Assembly (NCBI GenBank): GCA_041660005.1
Contig: JBAZXG010000006.1
Location: 1,879-65,878 of the forward strand
From: Patescibacteria group bacterium
GTDB lineage: Bacteria > Patescibacteriota > Patescibacteriia > GWA2-46-9
Direction of reading: 5' to 3'
DNA length: 64,000 bases
The position numbers and the translations under genes were made by a program. Below are positions 51,619 through 61,230 of this stretch, one piece after another. Under the pieces are notes generated by a model, which was given only the letters and a program-made list of their open reading frames with translations, had not been told where the DNA came from and made no database searches. Position 1 is the stretch's first letter; the number at the start of each line of letters is the position of its first letter.

Positions 51619-52440
51619 GTTCCTTAAATGGAACATCCCGCTCTTTCATAGATTTAAAACCATACAGGGGAGAGAGACTCTGTAGAACCAAGGGCAGCGC
51701 ACGCTGTTTTTGGCGATACGCAAAAAGGCGTAACTCTCTCGAGTTGCGTCTTTTTGCTAAAGACGAGGTGACTACCGACTTCTGGGGCTAGACCTGTTCC
51801 GCTTTATGTGGACGGGATGGCTGACGGAAAGAATGGGCTGGTGCATAACTAGCTTGCTCCTTCTTTAAAGCCCCACACTTGGACGGCTTTCGAGCCAAAC
51901 CCAAGCCCTAGCCCGGAGGTCGGTGGACATCTCACAAGATGCACACTTTTGTGGTGGTCCTGTTATCAGGGCACCCACCGATGTGGAGGGTTAGAATCGT
52001 TCCGCCGACAGTGCGGACGATCGTTTTGAAGGAAGGATTGTTCTGGTTTATACTAGAACGCACCTTCTTGAGAAACATACCCAACGAATACCTTCGGGTA
52101 ACACGTTGGCCTAACCTCCAAATCGGTGGGTTTGTAAAAAACTCACAAACAGTGCGACGCGCGTGTGCGACGATAATCCACTCCTCATGGGAGGGAGAGT
52201 GGACAAGGGTCAGGAATACACAATTTTCCTACCCGCTCGCACACTACGCCGACGGATGTGGATGGCTCTGGCACACATCCCTTCCGTCGAAATTTGGCCA
52301 CATGGTCACGCTTCTAACCTGCTCTGAGGAGTACGGCTAAAGCCCGTCCGTGGCCAAAAGTTGAGAGACGACCGCATAATCGTCTCGCCAACATTGGAGG
52401 AGTCGTCTTGCTAATACCAAGCGACTCCTCCTACCACTTT
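51619..52440 (+). ncRNA. Candidate large structured ncRNA with a duplicated 155-nt domain
   Basis: Nearly continuous nested stems; two homologous domains (51772-51926, 51975-52129) with compensatory changes; UUCG loops and G-U pairs favour the + strand; promoter upstream, terminator-like hairpin downstream. Confidence 0.8.
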
Positions 52441-52446
52441 ATTTTT
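52396..52446 (+). terminator. Terminator-like hairpin closing the candidate ncRNA
   Basis: GGAGGAGTCGTCTTG-CTAATAC-CAAGCGACTCCTCC followed by a T-rich tract. Confidence 0.65.
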
Positions 52447-52499
52447 ATAATAGGTACGTCGCCCTTTGCGATGAACGTCTCAATGCGTTAATCTCAGTG

Positions 52500-53325
52500 G
52501 GCGCCTAGTGCCTCCTTCGCGCAAAAGGGTGGCGGAGACGTGACCTTTACGCCTCCGCCACTCGCAAATCTTTTTTGCGGCCTCCTCCCCTGAGGTCGCA
52601 AAGGGGGGAGGGTGCGCTTGTGCAAAACCGTGCATGTCGTGCCCTCCTCACCTCTCTTTTCTATACACCGGCGAGCTCGCACTCTCGCCTCTTCTCAAGG
52701 GGCAAGTAGTTCTCAAACACAAACGTCTCCTAAACAGGAAACGTATGCCGCGAGATAAATCTCTCTCCTCCTACTTGCCCCTTGAGAAGAAAAGCTTTAA
52801 AGGAAACCACACGGTTTCCTTTAATATTTCTTTCCCTCAGCATGAGGTCATTCAAAAATTATTCCGTGCGAGAACATTGTTACTCTTTTGCTTGTCCGAA
52901 TTTATTAACAAGAGCGAGTCCGCCGGAGGCGGATCCGCCTTCGGCGGAAAAATGACACCCGAAGGACTCGGCTGGGGGCTTGCTTCAGTGAGTGGGTCGA
53001 CGACCATGAACTTGTCGTCCGCACAATGGCGGACTCCTCAAACAGCATGGTCGTTTCTCGGCTCACTTTCCTCGCAAACTCCTACGCCGATCCTATAGGT
53101 AGTTTCACTCGGCTCTGACAAACCCCATCATCGACCGAGGAGAGCAGACAGACGAAACGAACACGAAAGAGCGGCAATGCTGTCTGAAGCGTAGCAAGTT
53201 CATTGCCGCCGTGTTCGTTTCGGCATGGCTGCCGACCAGGAGCGTCGATGCGGGGCGCCCTTCTTTTGGTTCGTTTTCTTGGGCGTGCAAGAAAATGAAC
53301 AACCGGCGGCCCTGCATCGCAGGAC
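52500..53325. repeat. Cluster of palindromic REP/MITE-like elements
   Basis: Perfect 20-bp inverted repeat TCTTCTCAAGGGGCAAGTAG (52690-52709 / 52771-52790); tRNA-trailing core at 52815-52870; GTCCGCCGGAGGCGGATCCGCCTTCGGCGGA at 52918; long imperfect hairpins 52967-53090 and 53115-53256; GTTCGTTTTCTTG-GGCGTG-CAAGAAAATGAAC. Confidence 0.75.
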
Positions 53326-53375
53326 AAGTTTATTGAGCGAAAATTTTAGAAGGTTACGTTATAAAACGTATACCA

Positions 53376-54179
53376 TTAGCCAACCACTTCCACTTCTTCT
53401 CTTAATTGCTTAATGCTTAGCGCCTTTTGAGAATTCTCATCAATCTCTACCAACACCGCATTAACAATGCAGGTGCCTGATTCTGGAATTTCATGGCGCA
53501 CTGGCTGCTGCGTCAAAAAGCCATGAATAATGTTTTCCTTATCAACCCCAAGCACCGTTCCTTTGGCTCCAATCATGCCAGCGTCAGTTAGGTAGGCCGT
53601 ACCGCCTGGTAACACTTCTGCGTCACTGGTTGGAACATGAGTATGTGTTCCGAGCACAGCGCTTACTCGTCCATCAACATACAATCCAAAAGCAACTTTT
53701 TCACTCGTCGCTTCGGCGTGAAAATCAACAATCGTTCCTGCACGCTCAACATTTTTGTACTCTTCCAAAATGGCGTCTATGGCGCGGAATGGACAATCTA
53801 AATTCTCGTTCATGAATACCCGGCCCAAAAGATTCACCACCAACAATTTTTGAGTTCCCACCGTTACAAACACAACACCACGACCAGGAACTCCTGGCGG
53901 GTAGTTTGCCGGCCGCAACAATGCTATTTTTTCATCATCAATGATCTCGTAGACTTCGGGTTTCTTGAAGATATGGTTACCGCTTGTGAACACATTAACT
54001 CCAGCCGCCTGTATTTCACTAATTGTTGCCATTGTAACACCTTTGCCATGCGCCAAATTTTCTACATTTGCGATAATCAAGTCCGGTCGATAACGGTCTT
54101 TCCAGTGCGGCAGCACCGCAGCAACACCCCGCCGTCCAATCCGCCCCATAACGTCGCCGAAGAAAAGTATGCGAAGCAT
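53376..54179 (-). CDS. ymdB: YmdB-family metallophosphoesterase
   Basis: FFGDVMG, NVEN, TSGNH, LRPANYP, VDFHAEATSEK, GTHTHV. Confidence 0.95.
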   Translation of the reverse strand: MLRILFFGDVMGRIGRRGVAAVLPHWKDRYRPDLIIANVENLAHGKGVTMATISEIQAAGVNVFTSGNHIFKKPEVYEIIDDEKIALLRPANYPPGVPGRGVVFVTVGTQKLLVVNLLGRVFMNENLDCPFRAIDAILEEYKNVERAGTIVDFHAEATSEKVAFGLYVDGRVSAVLGTHTHVPTSDAEVLPGGTAYLTDAGMIGAKGTVLGVDKENIIHGFLTQQPVRHEIPESGTCIVNAVLVEIDENSQKALSIKQLREEVEVVG

Positions 54180-54318
54180 AAGTCAAAAGGCAAAAACCAA
54201 AAGTCAAAACTGCAACTTAAAACTTATCACTTCACTACTAAACCACTTACAACGTATCTGAAAACTAGTTTTGAATTTTGAATTGAAGTTTTGCATTCTA
54301 ACTTTTGAATTTTAATTT
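54180..54318. repeat. Inverted heptamer-repeat array between rny and ymdB
   Basis: AGTCAAA AGGCAAA AACCAAA AGTCAAA ... TTTTGAA TTTTGAA ... TTTTGCA TTCTAAC TTTTGAA TTTTAA. Confidence 0.75.
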
Positions 54319-55842
54319 TTACCGAGCGTACTCCACAACTCTCGTCTCGCGAATACAGTTAACCTTGATTTCTCCGGGGTAGTTCAACTCCGCTTCAATG
54401 TTTCGCGCAATTTGCTGAGCAAGTTTTACCATGCCAAGATCATCAATTTCGGTCGGCGTAACGAATACGCGCACCTCACGTCCAGCCTGAATGGCGTAGG
54501 CCTTGGTTACACCAGGAATAGCCGTCGCCACTTTTTCAATCTCTTCAAGACGTTGAATGTAGCGCTCCACCGTATCGCGCCGCGCACCCGGTCGTGAACC
54601 AGAAATAGCATCAGCCGTGCGCACGATTACGCCTTCAATGGTTTCTGGACGATCTTCGTGGTGAGCAATTGCCATGTAGGCCATCTTTTCAGGAATGCCA
54701 TACTTCTTCATTAAACGGTACCCCAACTCAGTGTGAGCGCCCTGCACTTCATGGTCGACCGCTTTGCCGATGTCATGAAAGAGACCACCCTTTTTACAGA
54801 TAGTAACGTCCGCTCCCAGTTCTTCGGCAAGTAACCCAGAAAGCACGCCGACTTCAATTGAATGCTGTAGCACGTTTTGACCAAAACTCGTGCGGAATTT
54901 GAGGCGTCCTAAAATCTGCACAAGCTTCGGGTCAACCCCCGTAAGACCCAGTTGATACATAGCCTCTTCGCCTGCTTTTTTCATTTCGAGCGCCAATTCT
55001 CGCTTAGCTTCCTGTACGGCTTCTTCAATACGGGTCGGGTGAATTCGCCCATCGAGCATTAACCGCTCTATGGCGCGCTTTGCCAAATGACGGCGCACCA
55101 AGTTGAATCCAGAAATCATGATGCTCCCCGGCGTATCGTCAACAATAATTTCAACACCGGTCAACTGCTCCAACGCTTTAATGTTGCGCCCTTCTTTTCC
55201 AATAATGCGGCCCTTCATATCGTCGGACGGCAAATCAACGGTTGTGGTCATGGTGTCCGCGGCATGCGAAATAGCACAGCGCTGAATAACCATAGCGAGC
55301 ACTCGCTTTGCCTTTTCTTCAATTTCAACGGCGCCCTCATCCTGTAATTTGCGAATACGCACGACAATGTCTTCTTTCACTCCACTCTCAATGGTTGCCA
55401 TGAGCTGTTCCGTTGCTTCTTCACGACTGAGCTTTGCTACTCCTTCGAGTTTTGTAACCGCCTCTTTTTCGAGTACAACCAACTTAGCGGACTGCTCAAC
55501 AAGCGTCGCTTTTGCTACGTCGATCTTTTTTTCTTTTTCGTCAACGTCGAGGAGCTTCGTTTCAAAAAGAGCTTCACGCTTTTCTAACCGCTTGTGTTGC
55601 TCTTTTAACTCTTGCCGCTCGGTCGTAATTTCCTGCTTCGCTTCATCGATAATTTTTATCGACTTCTGCTTAGCCGACAAAACCGCTTCCTGCTCCTGGT
55701 GCTTTGCTGCCGCCAGAATTTCCTGCGCTTTCGTCTCTGCTGAATTGACTGTTCGTGCGCCAAGAAACTGACGCACGACATAACCAATGCCGAAACCAAT
55801 AGCTACTCCGGCTGAAACCGTAATTAATATATTTGCTGACAT
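54319..55842 (-). CDS. rny: Ribonuclease Y
   Basis: N-terminal TM, coiled coil, KGRIIGKEGRNI (KH), HDIGK (HD), AIQAGREVR. Confidence 0.97.
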   Translation of the reverse strand: MSANILITVSAGVAIGFGIGYVVRQFLGARTVNSAETKAQEILAAAKHQEQEAVLSAKQKSIKIIDEAKQEITTERQELKEQHKRLEKREALFETKLLDVDEKEKKIDVAKATLVEQSAKLVVLEKEAVTKLEGVAKLSREEATEQLMATIESGVKEDIVVRIRKLQDEGAVEIEEKAKRVLAMVIQRCAISHAADTMTTTVDLPSDDMKGRIIGKEGRNIKALEQLTGVEIIVDDTPGSIMISGFNLVRRHLAKRAIERLMLDGRIHPTRIEEAVQEAKRELALEMKKAGEEAMYQLGLTGVDPKLVQILGRLKFRTSFGQNVLQHSIEVGVLSGLLAEELGADVTICKKGGLFHDIGKAVDHEVQGAHTELGYRLMKKYGIPEKMAYMAIAHHEDRPETIEGVIVRTADAISGSRPGARRDTVERYIQRLEEIEKVATAIPGVTKAYAIQAGREVRVFVTPTEIDDLGMVKLAQQIARNIEAELNYPGEIKVNCIRETRVVEYAR

Positions 55843-56126
55843 ACAGGTGTTCGTAGGAACACCATTCCGGCACTTGTGACGTGTTGGGGTAACGAAAAAC
55901 TCGGACCGTAATTACGTTCCGATACCTATCGTCTGACTTCTGCTAATAGTCGAATCATGGGAAGACAGAAAAAACCGCAACAACCGTCAACAAATAACCA
56001 AAACCGGTGTTCGTCGTCATTAATAGTTAAGAGGATGACTTGCGGCGCAACTGTACCATGATTGCCCGGTAAAGGCAAGCAGTAAAAAATGGCGTAGAAA
56101 CGCTATTCAAAAGATAATGACCTATC

Positions 56127-56717
56127 TTAACTCCTTGGGGTAGCCGAAATAATTTTATCAACAATACCGTACGTCAAAGCTTCTTTGGCGGTCATAAACC
56201 GATCTCGGTCGGTATCTTTCTCGACCTTACTAACCGGCTGCCCAGTATGACTGGCGAGAATTTTATTAAGTCGATCTTTGACACTGAGAATATGTTCGGC
56301 ACGAATTTTTACGTCAGATGCCTGCCCCTCGGCGCCACCCATTACCTGGTGCACCATGACTTCAGCATTCGGCAATATGAACCGTTTGCTCTTGGCTCCA
56401 GCAGCCAACAGTACCGCGCTCATGCTCGCCGCCATGCCAATGCAGATTGTTGAGACGTCCGCTTTTACATACTGCATCGTGTCGTAGATAGCGAGACCGG
56501 AGGTTACTGAACCACCGGGTGAGTTAATGTAGAGCTTAATGTCTTTTTTTGAACTGTCGGAGTCAAGAAAGAGCAGCTGCGCAATGACCGTGTTTGCCAC
56601 GGCGTCATCGACAACATCCCCGAGAAAAATGATGCGCTCTTTTAATAGGCGCGAGTAGATGTCGTAGGCACGCTCTCCAAAGTTCGATTTTTCAATCACG
56701 GTAGGTATCAGTGTCAT
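56127..56717 (-). CDS. clpP: ATP-dependent Clp protease proteolytic subunit
   Basis: [39 protein letters not shown]. Confidence 0.97.
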   Translation of the reverse strand: MTLIPTVIEKSNFGERAYDIYSRLLKERIIFLGDVVDDAVANTVIAQLLFLDSDSSKKDIKLYINSPGGSVTSGLAIYDTMQYVKADVSTICIGMAASMSAVLLAAGAKSKRFILPNAEVMVHQVMGGAEGQASDVKIRAEHILSVKDRLNKILASHTGQPVSKVEKDTDRDRFMTAKEALTYGIVDKIISATPRS

Positions 56718-56793
56718 AGTACGCACATCCTAGCAGAATATGACCTTGGGGTAAAGCGAGAACCCATTTCAAAATTAGTTTTCGAGCTGGATT

Positions 56794-57765
56794 CTAAATA
56801 ACGCGCCACCCCTTACCATCGCGAACGATACGACCCGAAATGGTAAAACCTGCGGCCTTGCGATGCCCGCCTCCTCCTAACATTTGCGCCAAACGCCCAA
56901 CATTGACATCATCACGAGTGGTCCGAAAACTTCCCCGTACTTCTCCGTTCGGCAGCTCCTTTAGGATAAGTGCCGCGCGCATGTCACGAATACCATTTAA
57001 AAAATTGGCAAGTCCTTCGGTGGATTCGTCGTCAATCTGATGGTTCGAAAAATCTTCCTGCAAAATAACCGTGGTAACAATTCCTAACTTTTCATTCTTG
57101 GTGAGGCGCGCAAGAATATCTCCCCAGAGCTTTAAGGCATCGAAAGGTTTTGAGTGATAGAGTGCCTGAATGATGCGCCGATTCTCCGCCCCTTTGGCGT
57201 AGCAGTGCGCGGCAATCTCTAGGGCTCGAATAGTCGTACCACCATTTGAAAAATTCCCGGTATCCGCAATGATACCTGCTAAAATTGCAGTAGCGACGTC
57301 GCGAGTAATGTTCCAACCGCCTAGCTTTAAGACGTCATATACTAAAACGGTCGTGGCCGACGCTTCCGTATCGACTAAATTAGTGCTGCCAAACGGTGCA
57401 GCCATTTGATGATGATCAATATTTAACAATGGTACGCCAGAGTCACGCAGCGCTTTTAACTCCTCCTCAATGCCTGTTCGGCCGAGGTGACCAGCGTCTA
57501 CAACAGTGATGGCATCAATAGTCGAGCGGTTTATTTTAGAAAAATCCTGTACCAGTGGTATGCGTGGTTGCAAAAGAAATTGCAGCGATTCCGGGATCTC
57601 ACCAAGACAAAACAGCACCGGCGTTGATCCTTGCTCCTCCATGGCGTGTGCCATAGCCATAGTGGACCCTAGGGCGTCGGCATCAACATCCTTCAATAGC
57701 ACGAGCAGTGGATGACGTGCGTGGCGTAAGGTCTCAGCAACTTTTTGATATGCAGAAAAAGTCAT
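56794..57765 (-). CDS. nrnA: DHH/DHHA1 phosphoesterase (nanoRNase/pAp phosphatase)
   Basis: DADALGS, NIDHH, DTGNF, GGGGHRKAAG. Confidence 0.92.
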   Translation of the reverse strand: MTFSAYQKVAETLRHARHPLLVLLKDVDADALGSTMAMAHAMEEQGSTPVLFCLGEIPESLQFLLQPRIPLVQDFSKINRSTIDAITVVDAGHLGRTGIEEELKALRDSGVPLLNIDHHQMAAPFGSTNLVDTEASATTVLVYDVLKLGGWNITRDVATAILAGIIADTGNFSNGGTTIRALEIAAHCYAKGAENRRIIQALYHSKPFDALKLWGDILARLTKNEKLGIVTTVILQEDFSNHQIDDESTEGLANFLNGIRDMRAALILKELPNGEVRGSFRTTRDDVNVGRLAQMLGGGGHRKAAGFTISGRIVRDGKGWRVI

Positions 57766-58133
57766 GACGTCTTTATGGTGTCCTCCGGCGGCAAAGTGCG
57801 CGCTACTTGATTCAACAAAAGCTCCATCTCAGCGGCTTTCGTTTCAACATCATCCATCACAAAACGAACTTTGGGCACAATTTTAATTGGCAGTTCGTGA
57901 AAAAGAGACCGGTTAAGCGACGAAGAGAGGCGACGCAGTGCGGAGAGCGTGCCGCCGCGCTTCCCTTCAGGGAAAATGGTCACATACGCTACGGCATGTT
58001 TTAAATCCGCTGCTGTTTTTACGGTCGTCACCGTGCAGAGTACACCAACGGGTAGTTCTTCTTTGTGAGCAATGAGATACCTACTAATCTGCGACTGCAA
58101 CTCTGCGCTCATCTGGTCGGTCCGCCGCGACAT
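57762..58133 (-). CDS. rbfA: Ribosome-binding factor A
   Basis: TVTTVKTAADLKHA, VPKVRFVMD; follows infB. Confidence 0.9.
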   Translation of the reverse strand: MSRRTDQMSAELQSQISRYLIAHKEELPVGVLCTVTTVKTAADLKHAVAYVTIFPEGKRGGTLSALRRLSSSLNRSLFHELPIKIVPKVRFVMDDVETKAAEMELLLNQVARTLPPEDTIKTS

Positions 58134-58135
58134 AG

Positions 58136-60121
58136 CTAGGCAATGAACCTGCGCTGCTCAACCTCGGTAAAGATATCCATCATGTCCCCCTCGGCTAGTT
58201 TGGGAGCACTGATAATTTCAAAGCCGCACTCGGATGAACTTGCAGCTTCCCGTATTTCTTCTTTCCCCGACTGAATTTTTTTAATAATACCAGTACCAAT
58301 ACGCTCGCCCTGCCGACGGATGGCAATTGTTGCATCTACCTTAGCGAGTCCTTTTGTTACCCGTACCCCAACCACCTGCCGCTTCGCCTCTTGAATGAAT
58401 ATTTTAAGGATTTTACCTTCGCCAAGATCGGTGTGAATTATTTCCGGTGTTAATTCGGCAGAAATTTTGGCTTTGAGATCATTGATAAGAGAATAAATAA
58501 CGTCATAGCGCTTGATATCAACTTTCAATTCATCAGCCAGCGCAGCAGCTTCTTTGGTCGTCTGCACTCGGAACGCTGCAATGAAGGCGTTCGCCGTTGC
58601 AGACGCGCGCTGTACATCACCCTCCGTGATGTTACCGAGGCCCTTACTAACGACCTGCACGCGAACCTCTGGCTGAGAAAGTTTTTCTATAGATTCCAAA
58701 ATTGCTTCCAAAGACCCCAGAACGTCAGTTTTTACTACCACTGGCATAACTTTCTGGCCAGCCGCCTCTGAGTCGTCACGGGGGGCAGTAATCGTCACGG
58801 CAGAACTCTGACGACGTAATCGTTTGCGTTTCGCTGTTTTGTACTCTTTCAGCGGATCACTAACCTCAAGTACATCACCAACCTCGGGCGCATCTTTCAA
58901 ACCAAGAATTCGAATAGGCGTTGAGGGCAACGCTTCGCGCACAACTTCTCCTAAATAATTTTTTAAAACGCGCGCCTTGCCGACAAACGAGTCACCGTGC
59001 ACTAACACATCATCCTGATGTAACGTTCCGTTCTGCACGAGCAGCGTTGCCACTGGACCTTCGCCGGGATCAACGCGCGCTTCAATCACCGAACCAAGCG
59101 CTGAGGCACCAGCGTCGGCAACAATACGTTCAGCATACAAGTCAGCGACCAGCAGTACCATCTCGAGTAGCTTATCAATATTCTCTCCGCTCTTTGCAGA
59201 AATTGGCACGCAAATTGTTTTTCCACCCCAATCTTCTGGCAACAAATTGATTGCCGCCAGTTCTTGTTTAACGCGTTCTATATTTGCTCCCGGCTTATCG
59301 GTTTTATTAATCGCCACAACAAAAGGAAGGCCAGCACCCTGAATCATGCCGAGTGCCTCATGGGTTTGCGGTTTCAACCCATCATCTGCGGCAACAACCA
59401 AAATCGCAATATCTGCCACTTTGGCTCCCCGAGAACGCATCGTACGAAAGGCCTCGTGGCCCGGTGTATCGATGAATGTTATAATTTTCCCTTCATGACG
59501 CACTTGGTAGGCACCAATGTGCTGCGTGATACCACCACTTTCGCGAGCAGCAACGTCGCTTTTCCGAATAGCATCAAGTAATGTTGTCTTACCGTGATCC
59601 ACATGACCCATAACAACGACCACCGGAGGACGAGGCTGCGTTTCTACGTTAAGTAACACTCTCTTTAAGGTTTCCGCGACGCCAACCGTCCCCTCGCCAG
59701 AACCGCTTTCGCCTTTCTCCTTAACGGTAAAACCAAGATCCTCAGCCACAACAGCGGCAGTCGCAAAATCAAGACGCTCGTTTACTGATGAAAGAATTCC
59801 GTTTTTTAAAAGCTCGGTCATCAGCAAAGGAACACTGATGCCAAGAGTTTCCGCGAGTTCCCGAACAGTAATCTCAGACGGCAAGGCAACGCCAGTACTG
59901 GCAGCAGCAACGGCTTCCTGAATTTCCGCTTGCTTCTTTTCTTCTTTTTGGCGATGCTCAATATCACGCATCGCGGCAGCATAAGTGCGCAAAATCTTCG
60001 TCGCCACCCGATCGTCAACCTTAATGGCTTTACGCCCAATATCAAAACCAAGCTTAGGAAGATTTTCCTTAAGGTCGTTGGGTGAGACTTTCAACCGTCT
60101 CGCGAGTTCGCTAAGATTCAT
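58136..60121 (-). CDS. infB: Translation initiation factor IF-2
   Basis: [28 protein letters not shown]; start moved to [10 protein letters not shown] (60121). Confidence 0.97.
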   Translation of the reverse strand: MNLSELARRLKVSPNDLKENLPKLGFDIGRKAIKVDDRVATKILRTYAAAMRDIEHRQKEEKKQAEIQEAVAAASTGVALPSEITVRELAETLGISVPLLMTELLKNGILSSVNERLDFATAAVVAEDLGFTVKEKGESGSGEGTVGVAETLKRVLLNVETQPRPPVVVVMGHVDHGKTTLLDAIRKSDVAARESGGITQHIGAYQVRHEGKIITFIDTPGHEAFRTMRSRGAKVADIAILVVAADDGLKPQTHEALGMIQGAGLPFVVAINKTDKPGANIERVKQELAAINLLPEDWGGKTICVPISAKSGENIDKLLEMVLLVADLYAERIVADAGASALGSVIEARVDPGEGPVATLLVQNGTLHQDDVLVHGDSFVGKARVLKNYLGEVVREALPSTPIRILGLKDAPEVGDVLEVSDPLKEYKTAKRKRLRRQSSAVTITAPRDDSEAAGQKVMPVVVKTDVLGSLEAILESIEKLSQPEVRVQVVSKGLGNITEGDVQRASATANAFIAAFRVQTTKEAAALADELKVDIKRYDVIYSLINDLKAKISAELTPEIIHTDLGEGKILKIFIQEAKRQVVGVRVTKGLAKVDATIAIRRQGERIGTGIIKKIQSGKEEIREAASSSECGFEIISAPKLAEGDMMDIFTEVEQRRFIA

Positions 60122-60169
60122 AAGGTTTTGATTATAGAAGAAATATACCAAAACGTCAACAATTCTACT

Positions 60170-60889
60170 ATGACTCCCCAAGGTTTTCTCTTTGTTGATA
60201 AGCCAATCGGCCCAACTTCTCACGACGTGGTCGCTCATGTTCGCCGTGTACTGTCCGTCGGCAGTGGCAAGGTTAAAGTTGGTCACGCCGGCACACTCGA
60301 CCCACTAGCAAGTGGGCTCCTGATTCTTGGCATAGGAAGTGCTACTAAAGCGCTTGGTCTTCTGGTGGGACTCCCTAAACGCTACCAGTGTTCAATACGG
60401 CTAGGCGCAACAACGATTACGGACGATAGCGAGGCGCTTCCTGAACCAACAGAAGGCGCTCACGCACCAGGTAAACATGAAATCGATCAAGTACTCCAGC
60501 ATTTTATTGGCAAACAAGAACAGCGGCCACCTGTTTTCTCAGCAAAAAAACAACAAGGTACTCCGCTTTATAAATTGGCTCGCGCCGGAAAAAACGTTGA
60601 ACCTAAGAACCACTGGATTAGTATTACCGAACTATCCTGCGTAAATTTTGCCTACCCAAAGCTCGACATTGACGTTGCCTGTTCATCTGGAACCTACATT
60701 CGCTCTCTAGCACGAGACATTGGCGAATCTCTGAAAACGGGAGGATATGTTCAAAAACTACGCCGAACCGTAATTGGTCCTTTTGAGGTAACCGCAAGTG
60801 TCCCCTATGAACAGCTAACCTTTGAAACAATCATGAAAAACTTAATAACACCTGAAAATGTACTTATTATTGCGAATAAGGCGAAGTAG
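60170..60889 (+). CDS. truB: tRNA pseudouridine(55) synthase
   Basis: DKPIGPTSHD, GHAGTLDPLASG, PPVFSAKK, CSSGTYIRSLARD; start at MTPQG. Confidence 0.96.
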   Translation: MTPQGFLFVDKPIGPTSHDVVAHVRRVLSVGSGKVKVGHAGTLDPLASGLLILGIGSATKALGLLVGLPKRYQCSIRLGATTITDDSEALPEPTEGAHAPGKHEIDQVLQHFIGKQEQRPPVFSAKKQQGTPLYKLARAGKNVEPKNHWISITELSCVNFAYPKLDIDVACSSGTYIRSLARDIGESLKTGGYVQKLRRTVIGPFEVTASVPYEQLTFETIMKNLITPENVLIIANKAK

Positions 60890-60909
60890 TAAGAAAAAGA
60901 CGACTCGTG

Positions 60910-60937
60910 TTGACGTTGTACAAAAATCTGCTATGCT
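60910..60937 (+). promoter_or_regulatory. Putative rpsT promoter
   Basis: TTGACG-16 bp-TATGCT with extended TG. Confidence 0.55.
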
Positions 60938-60966
60938 GATTCCTACCTTTATCCGTTATTAACTTT

Positions 60967-61230
60967 ATGCCTAATAAACCAAGCGCTGCAAAAGCCCTTC
61001 GTCAATCCATTAAAAAAACCGTTATCCATCTTAAGGTCAAGGATGAATTGAAGCGCTCTCTCAAGCGTGCCCGCCGCGCAGTTGAGGCAAAATCAGCCGA
61101 TGCAGAAATGGCAGTTAAAGAGGCCGCTCGTCTGATTGATCGCTCAATCAGAAAAAAAATACTGAAAAAAAATGCTGCAGCGCGAACAAAGTCGCGTCTG
61201 GTCAAACTTTTGCAGAAACGTAAGTCGTAA
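60967..61230 (+). CDS. rpsT: 30S ribosomal protein S20
   Basis: MPNKPSAAKALRQ...KNAAARTKSRL. Confidence 0.93.
   Translation: MPNKPSAAKALRQSIKKTVIHLKVKDELKRSLKRARRAVEAKSADAEMAVKEAARLIDRSIRKKILKKNAAARTKSRLVKLLQKRKS

Noticed and set aside
51939-52340. 133-aa ORF inside the candidate ncRNA
   Set aside because: No SD or recognisable motif, and it starts between the two homologous RNA domains. Substitutions between the domains follow base pairing rather than codons.
51619-52440. RNase P RNA, tmRNA, or group I/II intron
   Set aside because: I could not find the GAGGAAAGTCC/P4 motifs, tRNA-like ends with a tag ORF, group II domain V, or flanking exons.
52494-53413. Short ORFs in the palindrome cluster
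   Set aside because: They are read-throughs of repeat elements (e.g. SAGGGSAFGG) with no coding signals.
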